A DNA stretch of 63,839 bases, the filler included, from Octopus bimaculoides (Eukaryota): assembly GCF_001194135.2 (NCBI RefSeq). It is 7 parts of 7 records of this genome, joined end to end, with 100 filler letters (N's around TTAATTAATTAA, not from the genome) between each part and the next. Parts side by side here need not be neighbours in the genome. Positions count along the whole stretch, not along the records: positions 1 to 29,166 come from NC_068990.1; positions 29,267 to 39,395 come from NC_068982.1; 5 more parts are not named here. The stretch is one strand, 5' to 3'. A program made the translations under genes and the position numbers. Below, one piece after another: positions 24,415 to 36,330 of the stretch (its first letter is position 1; each line of letters begins with the position of its first letter). Below the pieces are notes generated by a model that searched no databases, was not told where the DNA came from, and was given only the letters and a program-made list of their open reading frames with translations.

Positions 24415-24804
24415 TGTTGTTGTTGGCACTCTGTCGCTTACGGCGTCAAGAGTTCCAGTTGATCCTATCAACGGAACAGCCTGCTCGTGAAATTAACATG
24501 CAAGTGACTGAGCACTCCACAGACACGTGTACCCTTAATGTAGTTCTCGAGGAGATTCAGCATGACACAGAGTGTGACAAGGCTGACCCTTTGAATTACA
24601 GGCACAACAGAAACAGGAAGTAAGAGTGAGAGAAAGTTGTGGTGGAAGAGTACAGCAGGGTTCACCACCATCCCCTGCCGGAGCCTTGTAGAGCTTTAGG
24701 TGTTTTCGCTCAATAAACACTCACAACGCCCTGTCTGGGAATCGAAACCACGATCCTATGACCGTGTGTCCGCTGCCCTAACCACTGGGCCATTGCGCCT
24801 CCAC
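24415..24804 (-). mobile_element. Full-length SINE, family B, with TSD
   Basis: Head gtggaggcgcaatggcccagtggttagggc; 12-bp TSD CAGAAGAATAAT at 24403-24414 and 24806-24817. Confidence 0.9.
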
Positions 24805-25008
24805 ACAGAAGAATAATACGCTTTGTCTAACACAACCCATTATTTCTGGTAGTTTTAAAAAAATATTTTCATCTTGCATAATAATATTTAGTATTTGTTT
24901 CAGTTTTGATTTCATCAACAGTGAGCCAGGGTATATCTAATCTGCTAGTTTTTCAACTAAATAATAAATGAGATAAAAAGGAAATGTAATAAAACTGATA
25001 TTACTTAC

Positions 25009-25148
25009 TTGGCCAACATACTTATATGTTTTGTCAAAATAGAACAACTGTGCACCACTTTCCATTCTGCTTTGTGACACATCAAAAGCTTGGAAAAGAG
25101 GTTGAATTTGGCAGGATCCATTAAATTTGTCTATCACATAGGAAACAC
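25009..25148 (-). CDS. Same gene, exon: VSYVIDKFNGSCQIQPLFQAFDVSQSRMESGAQLFYFDKTYKYVGQ
   Basis: Acceptor cacttatttaaag, donor CAA|gtaagt; 140 nt, phase 1-0. Shows the GVxYxIDxxxGxC...YxYxG pattern. Confidence 0.87.
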
Positions 25149-25285
25149 CTTTAAATAAGTGAATAAATGAAAAGAATAACTACCATAATTAAAATATTCA
25201 TTTGAAAATTATTAGATATCTTTTTAGAAACACTTAATTAGTAATGCTACTTTTTTTATATATTAAAATTCTTCTTGTTTACATA

Positions 25286-26146
25286 CAAGGTGTATAGGTT
25301 AAATTTGACAAATTTTTATGCCTCGTTTCTTCAAGATGTATTGGTGAATGGTCAACAGCATTGGAGAGCATAAAGATTAAAGATTAAAATTGTTGAGAAA
25401 AAGTTAGCTGACATGGAAGACTGGAAGCCATCTGAATATTGGAAAAGAGTTACCTATCTCATGATTCACATAAGTGTCAAAATGCTGACATCATGACTGC
25501 TGTTCAATGCTCTGTGAACACTGTAAGGGCCATGTGACATAGACATGTCCCACATATTATGAAAGCCTAGTTCATTCCCCCAAGCTGTAATGGGCTTTGT
25601 GTGTGTCTCCAGTGAAGGTGATATTATGTTACTCCACGTCTTTGAACAGGGCCTTAGGCTCAATTCAGACAGCTATGTGAAGCAGCTGGAAATTGTGGTT
25701 AAACCCTGCCTGGAGACGGGTGCTGTTGGAAAGCCATATGTGTGGCTGCATGTTTTTTTACTCCTTGCCATATGCCCAGAAAAGTCAGAAGTGGTTGTCT
25801 GAATTTCACATGCCCCAATTTCTGGCCTCCTAATTCTCCTGATTGTAATCCTGTGGATTATTGTGTGAGGGGCATGGTTGAGAAAGGCATCAACTGCTCT
25901 GCCTGAAACACCAAAGCCAACCTGGTGGCCAAGATCAAGGAGGTCTTTGATGATCTTCTCAGGGATACTGTGAGTAAAGCATGCATGAAGCCATGATGGA
26001 AGCTGAGGGTGGCTACTTTGAGTAATCTCTTAGCCATAATCTAGTTGAGGTTTTAAAATTTTTTTTAGAATACTTTTATTTTAGTATGGGATTTTGTGTT
26101 TTCTTTTCCTTTTATGAGAACTGTGAAATTTAGCCCAAATATCCTG
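25286..26146 (+). mobile_element. Internally deleted Tc1/mariner element, maT/DD37D-like
   Basis: TA-flanked imperfect TIRs (caaggtgtataggttaaattt / aaatttagcccaaatatcctg); VSSEGDIM...FEQGLRLNSDSYV...GKPYVW and FWPPNSPDCNPVDY. Confidence 0.85.
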
Positions 26147-26272
26147 TATCTATATATTTGTAACAGTATAAATGCGGAGAAATAGAAAAGTCAAGAAATG
26201 AAATACTGTAAAAAACTTATGATTATCATCCTCTAACCTCAAACTTATGATAATTGTATAATAGAAACTTAC

Positions 26273-26378
26273 CTCTTGTAAAATCTTGTATAACATCTGA
26301 TGGTCCACTGCATAAATTTGCACAGTGATTTTGGTTTACATCGAACCTTGATAAATTTTTCGATCTATCGTAAAATAT
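26273..26378 (-). CDS. Uncharacterised LolA/ependymin-like + PAN gene, first visible exon: IFYDRSKNLSRFDVNQNHCANLCSGPSDVIQDFTR(G)
   Basis: Acceptor ttcttttcatttag, donor AG|gtaagt; 106 nt, phase 0-1. Shows the YDxxxxLxRxD...IxDFxxG pattern. Confidence 0.85.
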
Positions 26379-27297
26379 CTAAATGAAAAGAAATTGATTT
26401 CATCAGAATGCTTTTATTTTCCTTTTATTAATTATTTTCCTTTTATTAATTCTAGCTTAAAAGCTGCACTCCATGTGAACTTTTAAACTAGCTCCTGTGG
26501 AGGGTGAATTGGGTCTGTGGCCCAAAACTAAGGAGAGCTAAATAGCATGAGTACAATCTATAAAGACTATATGCCTATCTATAAATATATACAATCTATA
26601 AAGACTATATGTTGTTTGCTCAGAGGTTAAAGATGAGAATTAATTCTGTAATGCAATCATTCTATTGTTTCAGTCCCAAGTTGAATTCCAACTTTTGGCC
26701 AATTTGTCTCAAAGTTCTTAACTTGATGTAAAATTAATGAAGCAAATATCATTTATCTCCACCTTGATCTCTGACGTCATCTGACAAATGCCAACCAAGA
26801 TGGTGTGAATCAGCCAAACTTTATCTACTAGAAGTAGCAACCCAAATGCTTTTAAATCAGATCCCGATACTGGATGTTCAAGAACTAAATGAAGGGCAGA
26901 TTTTCAATCCCAGGATCATTCTGATTCCAAAAAAGGCAAATGTTTATGTAGAGCAAATGTAGACTGAGATACAGGGGTCCCAGGCAGACAGAATTTTGCT
27001 TTTATTGTCATAGATAAAATCATATTTAAAACCAAGAGCTCAAGCAAAGTTACTGTATCCTCTGCCAATTATTTAGAACTTTGCATAAAGTATTGAAATC
27101 ATTTTTATATACTGAAAATTTCTGCTGAGTCACTTTCACTAACAATTATTAATCTAAACCTTAATCCCTTATTTTTAAAATTTATGACTGAATAAACATT
27201 AAAAACCAAATTCATTTGATGCAATAGCTAAAGCTGTTCCACATGCTTAATTCATAAAGAAATTTTGTAAATACACTTTCTCCAAATATTATTGGAT

Positions 27298-27679
27298 TGT
27301 TGGCACTCCGTTGCTTATGACGTCGAGGGTTCCAGTTGATCCGATCAACGGAACAGCCTGCTCGTGAAATTAACGTATAAGTGGCTGAGCACTCCACAGA
27401 CACGTGTACCCTTAACGTAGTTCTCGGGGATATTCAGCATAACACAGTGTGACAAGGCTGACCCTTTGAATTACAGGCACAACAGAAGCAGGAAGTAAGA
27501 GTGAGAGAAAGTTGTGGTGGAAGAGTACAGCAGGGTTTGCCACCATCCCCTGCCGGAACCTTGTGGAACTTTAGGTGTTTTTGCTCAATAAACACTCACA
27601 ATGCCCGGTCTGGGAATCAAAACCGCGATCCTATGACCGCGAGTCCACTACCCTAACCACTGGGCCATTGCGCCTCCAC
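27298..27679 (-). mobile_element. Full-length SINE, family B, with TSD (partial or older copies near 23850-24160, 27830-28110, 33220-33332, 46600-46910, 48050-48250, 56725-56905)
   Basis: 10-bp TSD ATTATTGGAT at 27288-27297 and 27680-27689; tRNA-like head. Confidence 0.9.
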
Positions 27680-29114
27680 ATTATTGGATAAGCTATATCA
27701 AACCATTGCATGGAACCAGAATTATGTCTTTTTCCATAAAACTAGTGAAATATAAAATATTAGATGAATTAGTAATTTTAAATCTTAGGTAAATTATTTA
27801 TTTATGTCTGAATTGAACTTGTTTAACTTGGCATCTTGAGCAAGTGTTATTCCTGTATTACAAGTCAATTCATATTGTGTCGATGAAATTGGGTAGACAG
27901 ACACTATGTGGAAGCACATTGGATGGATTGCATTTGTAAATCAAAGATTTACCTATGCCACATTATGTCCTGTTGATTTCACCTGTGGTTTACATTAAAA
28001 GCACAGATGTATGTGGAATGCTCAGCCATTTACATGCTAGTTCAATGAGGTTGGCAGTTCAGTTGACCAAACAACTGAAAGTTCACAGTTGAACTCAATA
28101 TACCATCACCATTTAAATTTCATGTTCCAATGGGCTGGATGATTTCAATGGATATGATGATGGTCTGGGGACTGCATTGTGCTCTGATGTCTTCTTTAGT
28201 TTCTATGTCTGGATGCTCTTCTTAAAGCTTTACAGTGTGTGTTAGGTACTTTCCATGGCATTAACACTAATGAGGTTGCAATACAGTTTGTAAGACTACA
28301 GCCTCCTTTGACTGAATGGAGCCACAGTAGAAAAGAAAGAAGCTTTATTCTGGGAGATGTAAGTTAAAGTTTGAGAGAAGGGGACCAGAACAGAACAGGT
28401 TTCTTGCTGTAGGGCAGTTACATGACAACTCACATTATAGAAGAGAAAGTGAGAGTGGATAGCATGGAGCTGGGAGGAGATAAAAATATAACGAAGTATC
28501 AGAATGGACTCTCAAGGTACGAGGTGAGTAGAAATGAATGGGGACAGGAATGTGGGTGAGTAGAAATTGCAAAAGTGTGTGGTAGATAGGAAGATGGTTA
28601 GAAATGAGGAATGAATGGGTGAAGATAATAAAGAACAGGTGTTAAGGAATAAGTAAAGAAAGAAGGGAAGAGTAGGTGACAACTGTAGAGACTGGACAGG
28701 GCTGAGAGGGAGATGTAGTGAGTGATTGCAAAGAGGTGGAGTGTGACTTATGATAAATATGACTTAGAGGAGATAGGAGAGAATAGGAGATGAATAACTG
28801 AAGAAAAAGTGTGTGTGCATGTGTGTGTGGGAACAGCAGAATAGTAAGAATGACATAGTATACAGAGGAAGGATGAGAGATAGATCGAAAACAAATCACT
28901 GAATTGAAGCCTTTTCTTGCTAATTGTCAAGAAAATAGCATATCAATGACAATGGTGGTATGTGCGGTAAATATGTATGAAATAGTTAATTAATGACAAT
29001 GAAAAGAGAACAAATAGAGATGAGATAATAAATGATGAGATAATGAAACTGTTGGAGTGAATGTTGTAACTCACCAAGTCAATATTTTAAGGAAAATATG
29101 AAAAAATGAAAATG

Positions 29115-29166
<52 letters not shown>

Positions 29167-29266
29167 NNNNNNNNNNNNNNNNNNNNNNNNNNNNNNNNNN
29201 NNNNNNNNNNTTAATTAATTAANNNNNNNNNNNNNNNNNNNNNNNNNNNNNNNNNNNNNNNNNNNN
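29167..29266. other. Artificial assembly spacer 44N-TTAATTAATTAA-44N (also 39396-39495, 53055-53154, 55045-55144, 60817-60916, 62629-62728)
   Basis: Six identical 100-bp constructs; the 12-mer gives stops in all six frames. Confidence 0.95.
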
Positions 29267-29271
29267 TACAC

Positions 29272-29480
29272 AAACATAATTAAGGGATCAGCAACAGTTG
29301 CTTCATCACATATCGAAGTTCAGAAATAGCAGCTAAAGTGCTATTCCTTGTTTTTTTTCTTCTTGTTTTGCATTTGTGAGTTACAAGTATTGCTATCTGT
29401 TGGAGTTTTAGCACTTTAGCTGCTACTTCTGAACTTCGGTATGTGGTGAAGCAACTGTTGCTGATCCCTTAATTATGTTT
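29272..29480. mobile_element. Palindromic MITE, Kolobok-like (TTAA|GG termini)
   Basis: 72-nt arms (29272-29343 / 29409-29480) with 3 mismatches; ttaa-gggatcagc ... gctgatccc-ttaa. Confidence 0.75.
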
Positions 29481-30309
29481 ATAAATGTATAAGAACTTTT
29501 AACTAAGTTCTTCACCGATAATGGGGTTTACATACCGAAGGGCTTGGTAAGAATTATTAATTATTAATGTATTAATAAATTAATAATCCTTTACCCTTTT
29601 ATTTGTATATATATATGCAATTCCTGGGAAGAAAAGATGTTGCAGCACTCTGTGTTTAAACGGGCTTGTCGCAAAGGCAAAATTGGAACAGAAACCAACA
29701 GTGAACATTGGATATGTATTATATGTGATCGTGTAGGAAATACAGAAAAATCTCTTATAATTAAAACACGGCTAAAATGTTTACAATGACAACTATACAG
29801 AATGAATATTAGTATTAAATTAAAAGTCGACATATTTTTACTGGTTTCATAATTCTTCAATGTCTTATAATACATCTTGATTGGAAGCATTATTTCTGAA
29901 ATTAAAAATAACAGACTAGTTAAATGTTTTATCTTTCTCGTAAATACCAATAAAGAATTGATCGAAGATACATAGCATTTAGTTGGCAATATCACCTAAT
30001 GCATATTAAGAAACAATATCTCCTGTCACAAAAGAAATGCTAACTGAGTCGGAATTGCAATAGAAATTTAGAGGATAGCATTCATAGCATTAGCTAACGA
30101 AGTGCTGTACAAAACGGAAACAATTATCATAGAGAAAAAACATGATGTATTAGACAAGACAACTGATATAATACGCTGTATATAATAGGCAAAGAAAAAG
30201 TAATGAAAACATTTTAAAGCAGAAAACGTGGAGTTAAATTTTAAAAGACATGAAATACATCACCCGATGAAAGAAATATATCAATCAAGTACGAGGCAAA
30301 ATATAAATT

Positions 30310-31000
30310 AGTTATTCACGTAAAATGAAGAACGCTAGAAAATCCACATAATTTGAGAAAGAACATATCCTACTCAAAGAAATACAAAGAAATTAGAAAC
30401 CAAACTGAAACATGCCGGAAGGCATCAGAAAAAAATATTATCATATCAGTTGAAGTGAAATGATTTTAAATAATTTTTCTAAAGAATTAAAGCTGAGCAC
30501 ACAACTGTACATTCGTTAGATAAATAATCAATGGAGTCAAAATTAAAGAGAGTTACAAAGGAGTCACTTATCAAAAACGATATAGAAGAATCCATTCTGG
30601 AAGTAAACGAAGAGACTTTAAAATAGGGGCGGTGCAAATAGTAAGTGAAGACATTTTAGTAAAATTAACGTATATGAATACCGAATTTTGATTTTATTGG
30701 CTCATAATTGTAACCTCTCTCCTAATTATATTTGACTTTGTACAAATATCAGACAAATGCACATTATAATTCCCACTATCATTTTAAGAATTGGTGAATA
30801 CGCTGGATAACATAGTCTACTATAATTATTTGAAAAAAGAGGAGTTACAAAGTTGATCAGAGGATAAAGTTTGATCCCAGAAAGCCACAGCAGTTGAACG
30901 TAAAGGTAAAACTTCAGGACACATAAAACATGGGAGCCTTTTTCAACAAGAAACATTCAATGGGTAAGTACAAGACAACAATATACTCACAAAAAGTGAC
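30310..31000 (+). mobile_element. Possible highly decayed non-LTR endonuclease remnant
   Basis: Weak ordered remnants NARKS, NIIISVE, ILRIGEYAG...KRG; many stops. Confidence 0.3.
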
Positions 31001-34000
31001 AGCAAGATGCACAAATATGCATAAATATAATTAAAAAAACAATTGCAATAATTTTTTTAAAAAACAAGTTTTCTATCTTTACCTCCATTGTCATATTCAT
31101 AATTTAGCTGCGAATATAAAAAAAAACCAATACAAGAATCATCATCTTATACATAAGACACACAGAAACAACGAGAATAACGAAAGGGACCACCAACATA
31201 CGAAATAAAGAAACTATTTATAATATATTACTGCCCAGCCTTACAGTTCTGAATATATTTGTGGAACTTAAAATTATCGCATATAACATTCAAATCATTG
31301 CTTTATAAAGTCTGTAATTCCATGTCTAATACTTGAAACATTAGATCCCGAAGTCCTTATCTGCAGGGATTGAAAGATTATCATTCCTGCTAGTAGGGCC
31401 CGTATAAATTACATGGAATGGAAAAGATTACGAGGACCAATTTAAGAAAGAAAGGATGATTTGCATTTTATAGCATTCATAGCTTAGCTTTCTTTAAATA
31501 TTTTTGGCGTTCGTCTACATTAATCTCCTCACATCTCCATCGAAGTTGTCTTTTTCCCCTTTTTATTATGTCTTCTCGCTAATCCTCTCTACATCTAGTC
31601 ATCCTCTCTCCGGCAGCTTGTAACCGTCTTTCTTATGAATCCACAAATAAACTCTTATAAACAAGTATCAACTTTCTAAACAAACAGACGATAATGGATT
31701 GCATTTATGCGCATGCATTAAGCGATGATCACTAAAACAGTCTGCCCTGTCCATCACTCTCTATCTACTTTTCTTTAACCTCATCACTCTCTGCTAAATA
31801 TTGTATCCTAAACATATCTCTTTCTATTCACCTTTCATTTCTGCTAACTTTCTGTCCACGTAATAAGTATTCCTGTCCCGCCCCACCACACGTCGTTAAC
31901 ACTTCTCTCTCCCTCTTTTTCTCGCTGTTTTTCTCTCGTTCTTCGCCTCTACCTTCAGCTGACCACGTGACGCATTTGGCCGAAGTGTATTAATATTGAT
32001 CACCTTTCTCTATTTCTTCATCACTTATTTCTTCACTCCTCTCTCTCTCTCTCTCTTACTGTACCTCTCATTCACTCCGCCTCCACCTCTCTAACTAACT
32101 AATGTATAACGGACGAACGATAACGAAGATTATTATATAGATGCTTATGCATAATACATGTAGCACAAACATTATCTGGGCATTAATACAGCACAGACAA
32201 TTTAAAATAAAAGCATTCAACTGTAGAAAGCACTACTGATGGGTGATCTGATCAAGTTATTCGATTGCAAGACTGATATATTGGTGATACAAATATTATA
32301 CAATGCACTTAAAACGAGTACCAGTGCTCAACTGATACTTTCAACCCGGAAAGGATGAAAGGAAAAGTTAACCTCGGACGAATTTGAATTCGGATCGTAA
32401 GGGTGGACGAAATGACACTAAGAATTTTGACCTTTGTTCTAACGAGTTTGCCAGCTTCACGCCTTAATATTATTATTTGTATTGAAAAAGATAAATGGAT
32501 ATATCACTTATAACTTCACCAAACCTTGACCAATTTTGATTCATTGACTACAAAACTTTTCTATCACTCCCAACTCCTAGGACAACATAATAAGATCGAC
32601 TAGAATGCACATAAAACAATCAGGTTAAAAAAGGTAATGACATGAATGACGCCTTAGCGTCACAACAGATTTCCGTTTGTATCCTAAATATTTAAGACAA
32701 AACACTAACATAATAAGGAATAGATTACTCGTTGCTAGTATTAAGAAATTGACAAAATTCTTATTCGCATAACTTCCCATAGCAACCTCAAAAAGAGTGC
32801 CTACTCCGAGAACTGTTGTGAATCAGCCAATGGTAAGAGAAAGAAGAAACATAGAAAGAAGTCAAAATAGAAATCTAAATATATTTATCATTCTTATAGA
32901 GTCCTTCCTTCTGTAGGTCACGAAAAAATAAGATATGAAAATTAAGTGAATTCCGACATCTCAAGTCCCGATAAGACCACAAACATATATGAAGATAAAT
33001 CTCAAGTGAAGTAGAGTGACACATACGCACAACGCTCCTCACTACAATATATATGCTAAATATATCTAACGCGTTCAACTCCTTCTCAAAATCCCCTGAT
33101 TTCATAGCATTGTGTTCATTCACCTACAAACTATATATAATAAGTACATAAAAACAAGCACCATTCTAGATTGTATGCTTTTAGTAAGACACAGATAAAG
33201 TAATCCCCTGCCTCGGGGAGCTTTAGGTGTTTTCGCTCAATAAACACTCACAACGCCCGGTCTGGGAATGGAAAACGCGATCCTATAACCACTAGTCCGC
33301 TGCCCTAACCACTGGGCCATTGCGCCTCCACATTAGATACTAAATAAAAGCTAATAATAGTCATGCGTAAAACAAATGAAACGATTTATAAGGAAAACAT
33401 TGTAACAACAATGCTTAGGTGTTCTTTCTTTCTTGACACCTAACATTTTGCAAACTACTTATTAATTTTCTTGCGCCGCCAGTATATATTAATGTCTGTT
33501 GTTTTCTTCTATCAATCATTATATCAGAAATAGTCACGCATTATTAGATTGTCAGCTCAGAGAGATATTCAGAAATTCAAGGATGGTAACTTATTGTTGC
33601 TTACGGTTCGAATTATATCGTAATACAGAAAAAAATTGGCATCAAATCTGGGTGCTGGTGTGGATGTGATTACGGCTTTCACTTCTCATAACATGTTTTT
33701 AGATTCAATTGACCTAGTGGGGAATCTGAAAGAATGTCTTCGACTAAATCATCTGCGTTGCCTCTTTGTACATTAGATATAATTTCCAGTCCTTCTGAAA
33801 TGAGTTTCTAATGTTGTAAAAAAAAAATTAAAAAAATACTCGTCGATATGAATAAATATACTTGTAGATATGAATAAATATATAAATCAGAGGGTTACAG
33901 CAAGTTTTGCTTTGACTACATTGAATGGTATTCGGGACAAACTATAAGAGAGGAATAATAAATACTACGCAAAACTCTCCCCTTCAGTCGACAAGCATTT

Positions 34001-34449
34001 TCAATGCCATACCTAGAACCTGACATTTCTCACATGGTTTATATTAAACACTGTCTTTGCCTACACTTTTTAAAAATATTCTTAAAAGATAAACCACACT
34101 TACTCAAATCATGCAGACATCCTTACACGAAGATGCAGTCATAAACACAAATCAGTTCTCTTTATTTTCTCAAGTATTCAATTGTCATTTGGAATAAATT
34201 GTTATTTCTCAAATATTTTCCTTTTTTTTGTGGAATTTGTATTACTATATCATTTCGTATACTTCTCCATCTGTAATTATCATTTCTTCTTCATTCCATG
34301 ATCAACAGTTTGCTCATTTATTTTTGTTATTAGGCTTAGTACATCCAGATTTGTGGGATAGTTCTGATCAGAAAACTGACGATTATTGTTCATTTTTGTT
34401 GTTGCTGCTAATCATCGTAATTCTCGTTTCGCTTTGCTTTTTCTTCGTG

Positions 34450-35050
34450 CTTCCACTTCTCTTAAGCTGCTAACTTTGAAATGAGATTTACTCCAGAAAA
34501 TGCAGCAACTAAGCTTTCTACATTATACTAATAATCTGATACTCTTGTCTCGGCGCGTTTTAATAGACATGTCTCTGTGAACCTCGAGTGTTATTTGAGC
34601 TTGGTTATACATTCGGATACCTTCTGACACCATGTCACCTTATTTTAAATTTGCTTTCACCACTCGTCGACACTACGATATAAAAAATGACAACGAACCA
34701 CGGATCTACGTTGTTTACGATGTTTCTTTTGGCCACTCTTGTGTTACTTTTACCCTTATAATGGCGAACAAATTCATTGATAGTCAGTGGGATGTTGAAC
34801 AATATCAGTCCGTATTTTGGTTGGCTGTTCCGTTTTGAAGTCATAGCAGATAGTACCATAGCTTTTGCCTTTTTAGCTGAACAATCATCTCCCGATATAT
34901 GTGAGAGAACGTCTTTTGTTACTGAATGTGAGGTAAGATTAAGTCCACGTAATTTGTTTCTTGTAAAAGTGATACATCTGAAAATCATGTTCAAATACCA
35001 TCCAAATCGACTGTTAATCATCCAATTTTGAAGTGGTAAAGAATCATTTC
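34450..35050 (-). mobile_element. Possible LINE ORF1-like remnant (I/Jockey group)
   Basis: 140-aa ORF containing GLILFNIPLTINE...KRNIV...FVVIF, followed by VRRYPN; family assignment weak. Confidence 0.3.
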
Positions 35051-35329
35051 GAGTCACATGTTTCTTTCATTATTAAGGACAAGGAGAATATGTATGGTTA
35101 ACTCGTCTATAGAGGATTACGATCTAGCCAACTTAGACATAATTTACCCGTTGATACGTTGAGGATATTGATTGCCAACACGCGCACACATATGTATATG
35201 TAATCTTTCTCAGTGTCATCTACAGGATATTTCTATCTATGTATCTATCACAGTGTAACTTTACGGCTGAAAGAGGCAGTGGGTATGATTTTAGGCATGA
35301 GGCAATTCCAAAGAAAGTCTAGTGAGCAT

Positions 35330-36330
35330 AGCTGAGACCTTTGCATCACTTCTGAAAATCTACCTAAAGCTTCAGAAACCGTATCTAGGGATGCTCTTTG
35401 GTTTGTCGTTAGAAATCTAGACGCATATGTCTATGTGTCCACTTACTGGAATCTCTCTAGTTCTGGGGTCTCGTATTTGTTGTCGGTGAATGGTCAGTAT
35501 ACTTCTTATAGTAAGATTTGTTTGGCCTATGTACATACTTGAAATTTGTTTGCGTATATTAAATTCCTTGAAGAATATGTAAAGTGTTTTTTTACGATAA
35601 AAATCTGTACTGATTTGAATCTGTACGTTGTGTCTTCAATAAGGTTAATGCAGGTTCCGGAATTAGGGCGGCCACACTTTTTGAGTGTTAGTATAGGAAT
35701 TGTGGAAGATAATTTAGCACTTGGAAGGAACTTTTTGAAGGACTTTGATTGTCTTTTACTTTTGGATGTTTCTGGAACGTTTTTCCTTTATCGTAGTTCT
35801 TCGATATTTATTGCTTTGGCACGTTCTGTTCTGCTGTCTATTAACATTAATGGATATTATCTTTTAAGTACTACTTGTTTTAGCTCCTGGAATCTTTTAT
35901 TGCGAATTTCAGGTTGCGTAGTTTCTTCTTGTTAGATTAAAGGGGATATTATTCTTCGTGTGTTTGGGATGGCATGAGGGGAACAGTAATTATTGTTTAA
36001 AATCTGTTTGTAGTGAATATCTGTTTCAATGTTTTTATCTCTTTTGATGATTAGTATATCCAGGAATGGTTGTTCAGTTTTACTATATTCCACAGTAAAG
36101 TTAATATCATTGTTTATGCTTTTGATTAGATTTTTGGAATCTGTAAGCTGTTCAATGTGTGCGTCCATAGAATTAGGCAGTAATTTAAGTCACGTTTCCA
36201 GTTTTCTAGTAGATATTTATAGACGTTCATGGAATACGTGCAGGTCCAGTTATATGAACAATCTATATTAATACATGGCTTGAACATGTCGGCCGTCTTT
36301 TTAGGTGCAAAATGCACTGTAACGTGACAT
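35330..36330 (-). mobile_element. Penelope-like element: RT C-terminal half and GIY-YIG endonuclease, decayed
   Basis: INFTVEYSKTEQPFLDILI...TDIHYK; KCGRPNSGTC; NLIYA...YIGQTNLTIRS..TIHRQQIRDPRTREIPVSGHIDIC. Confidence 0.88.

Noticed and set aside
27110-27188. Open stretch INFKNKGLRFRLIIVSESDSAEIF as the next upstream exon of the LolA-like gene
   Set aside because: All nearby GT donors give phase 1, which is incompatible with the phase-0 IFYD exon.
34877-34932. Plus-strand exon-like segment (EQSSPDICERTSFVTECE) with good splice sites
   Set aside because: No partner exons were found on +, and it is antisense to a probable retroelement ORF.
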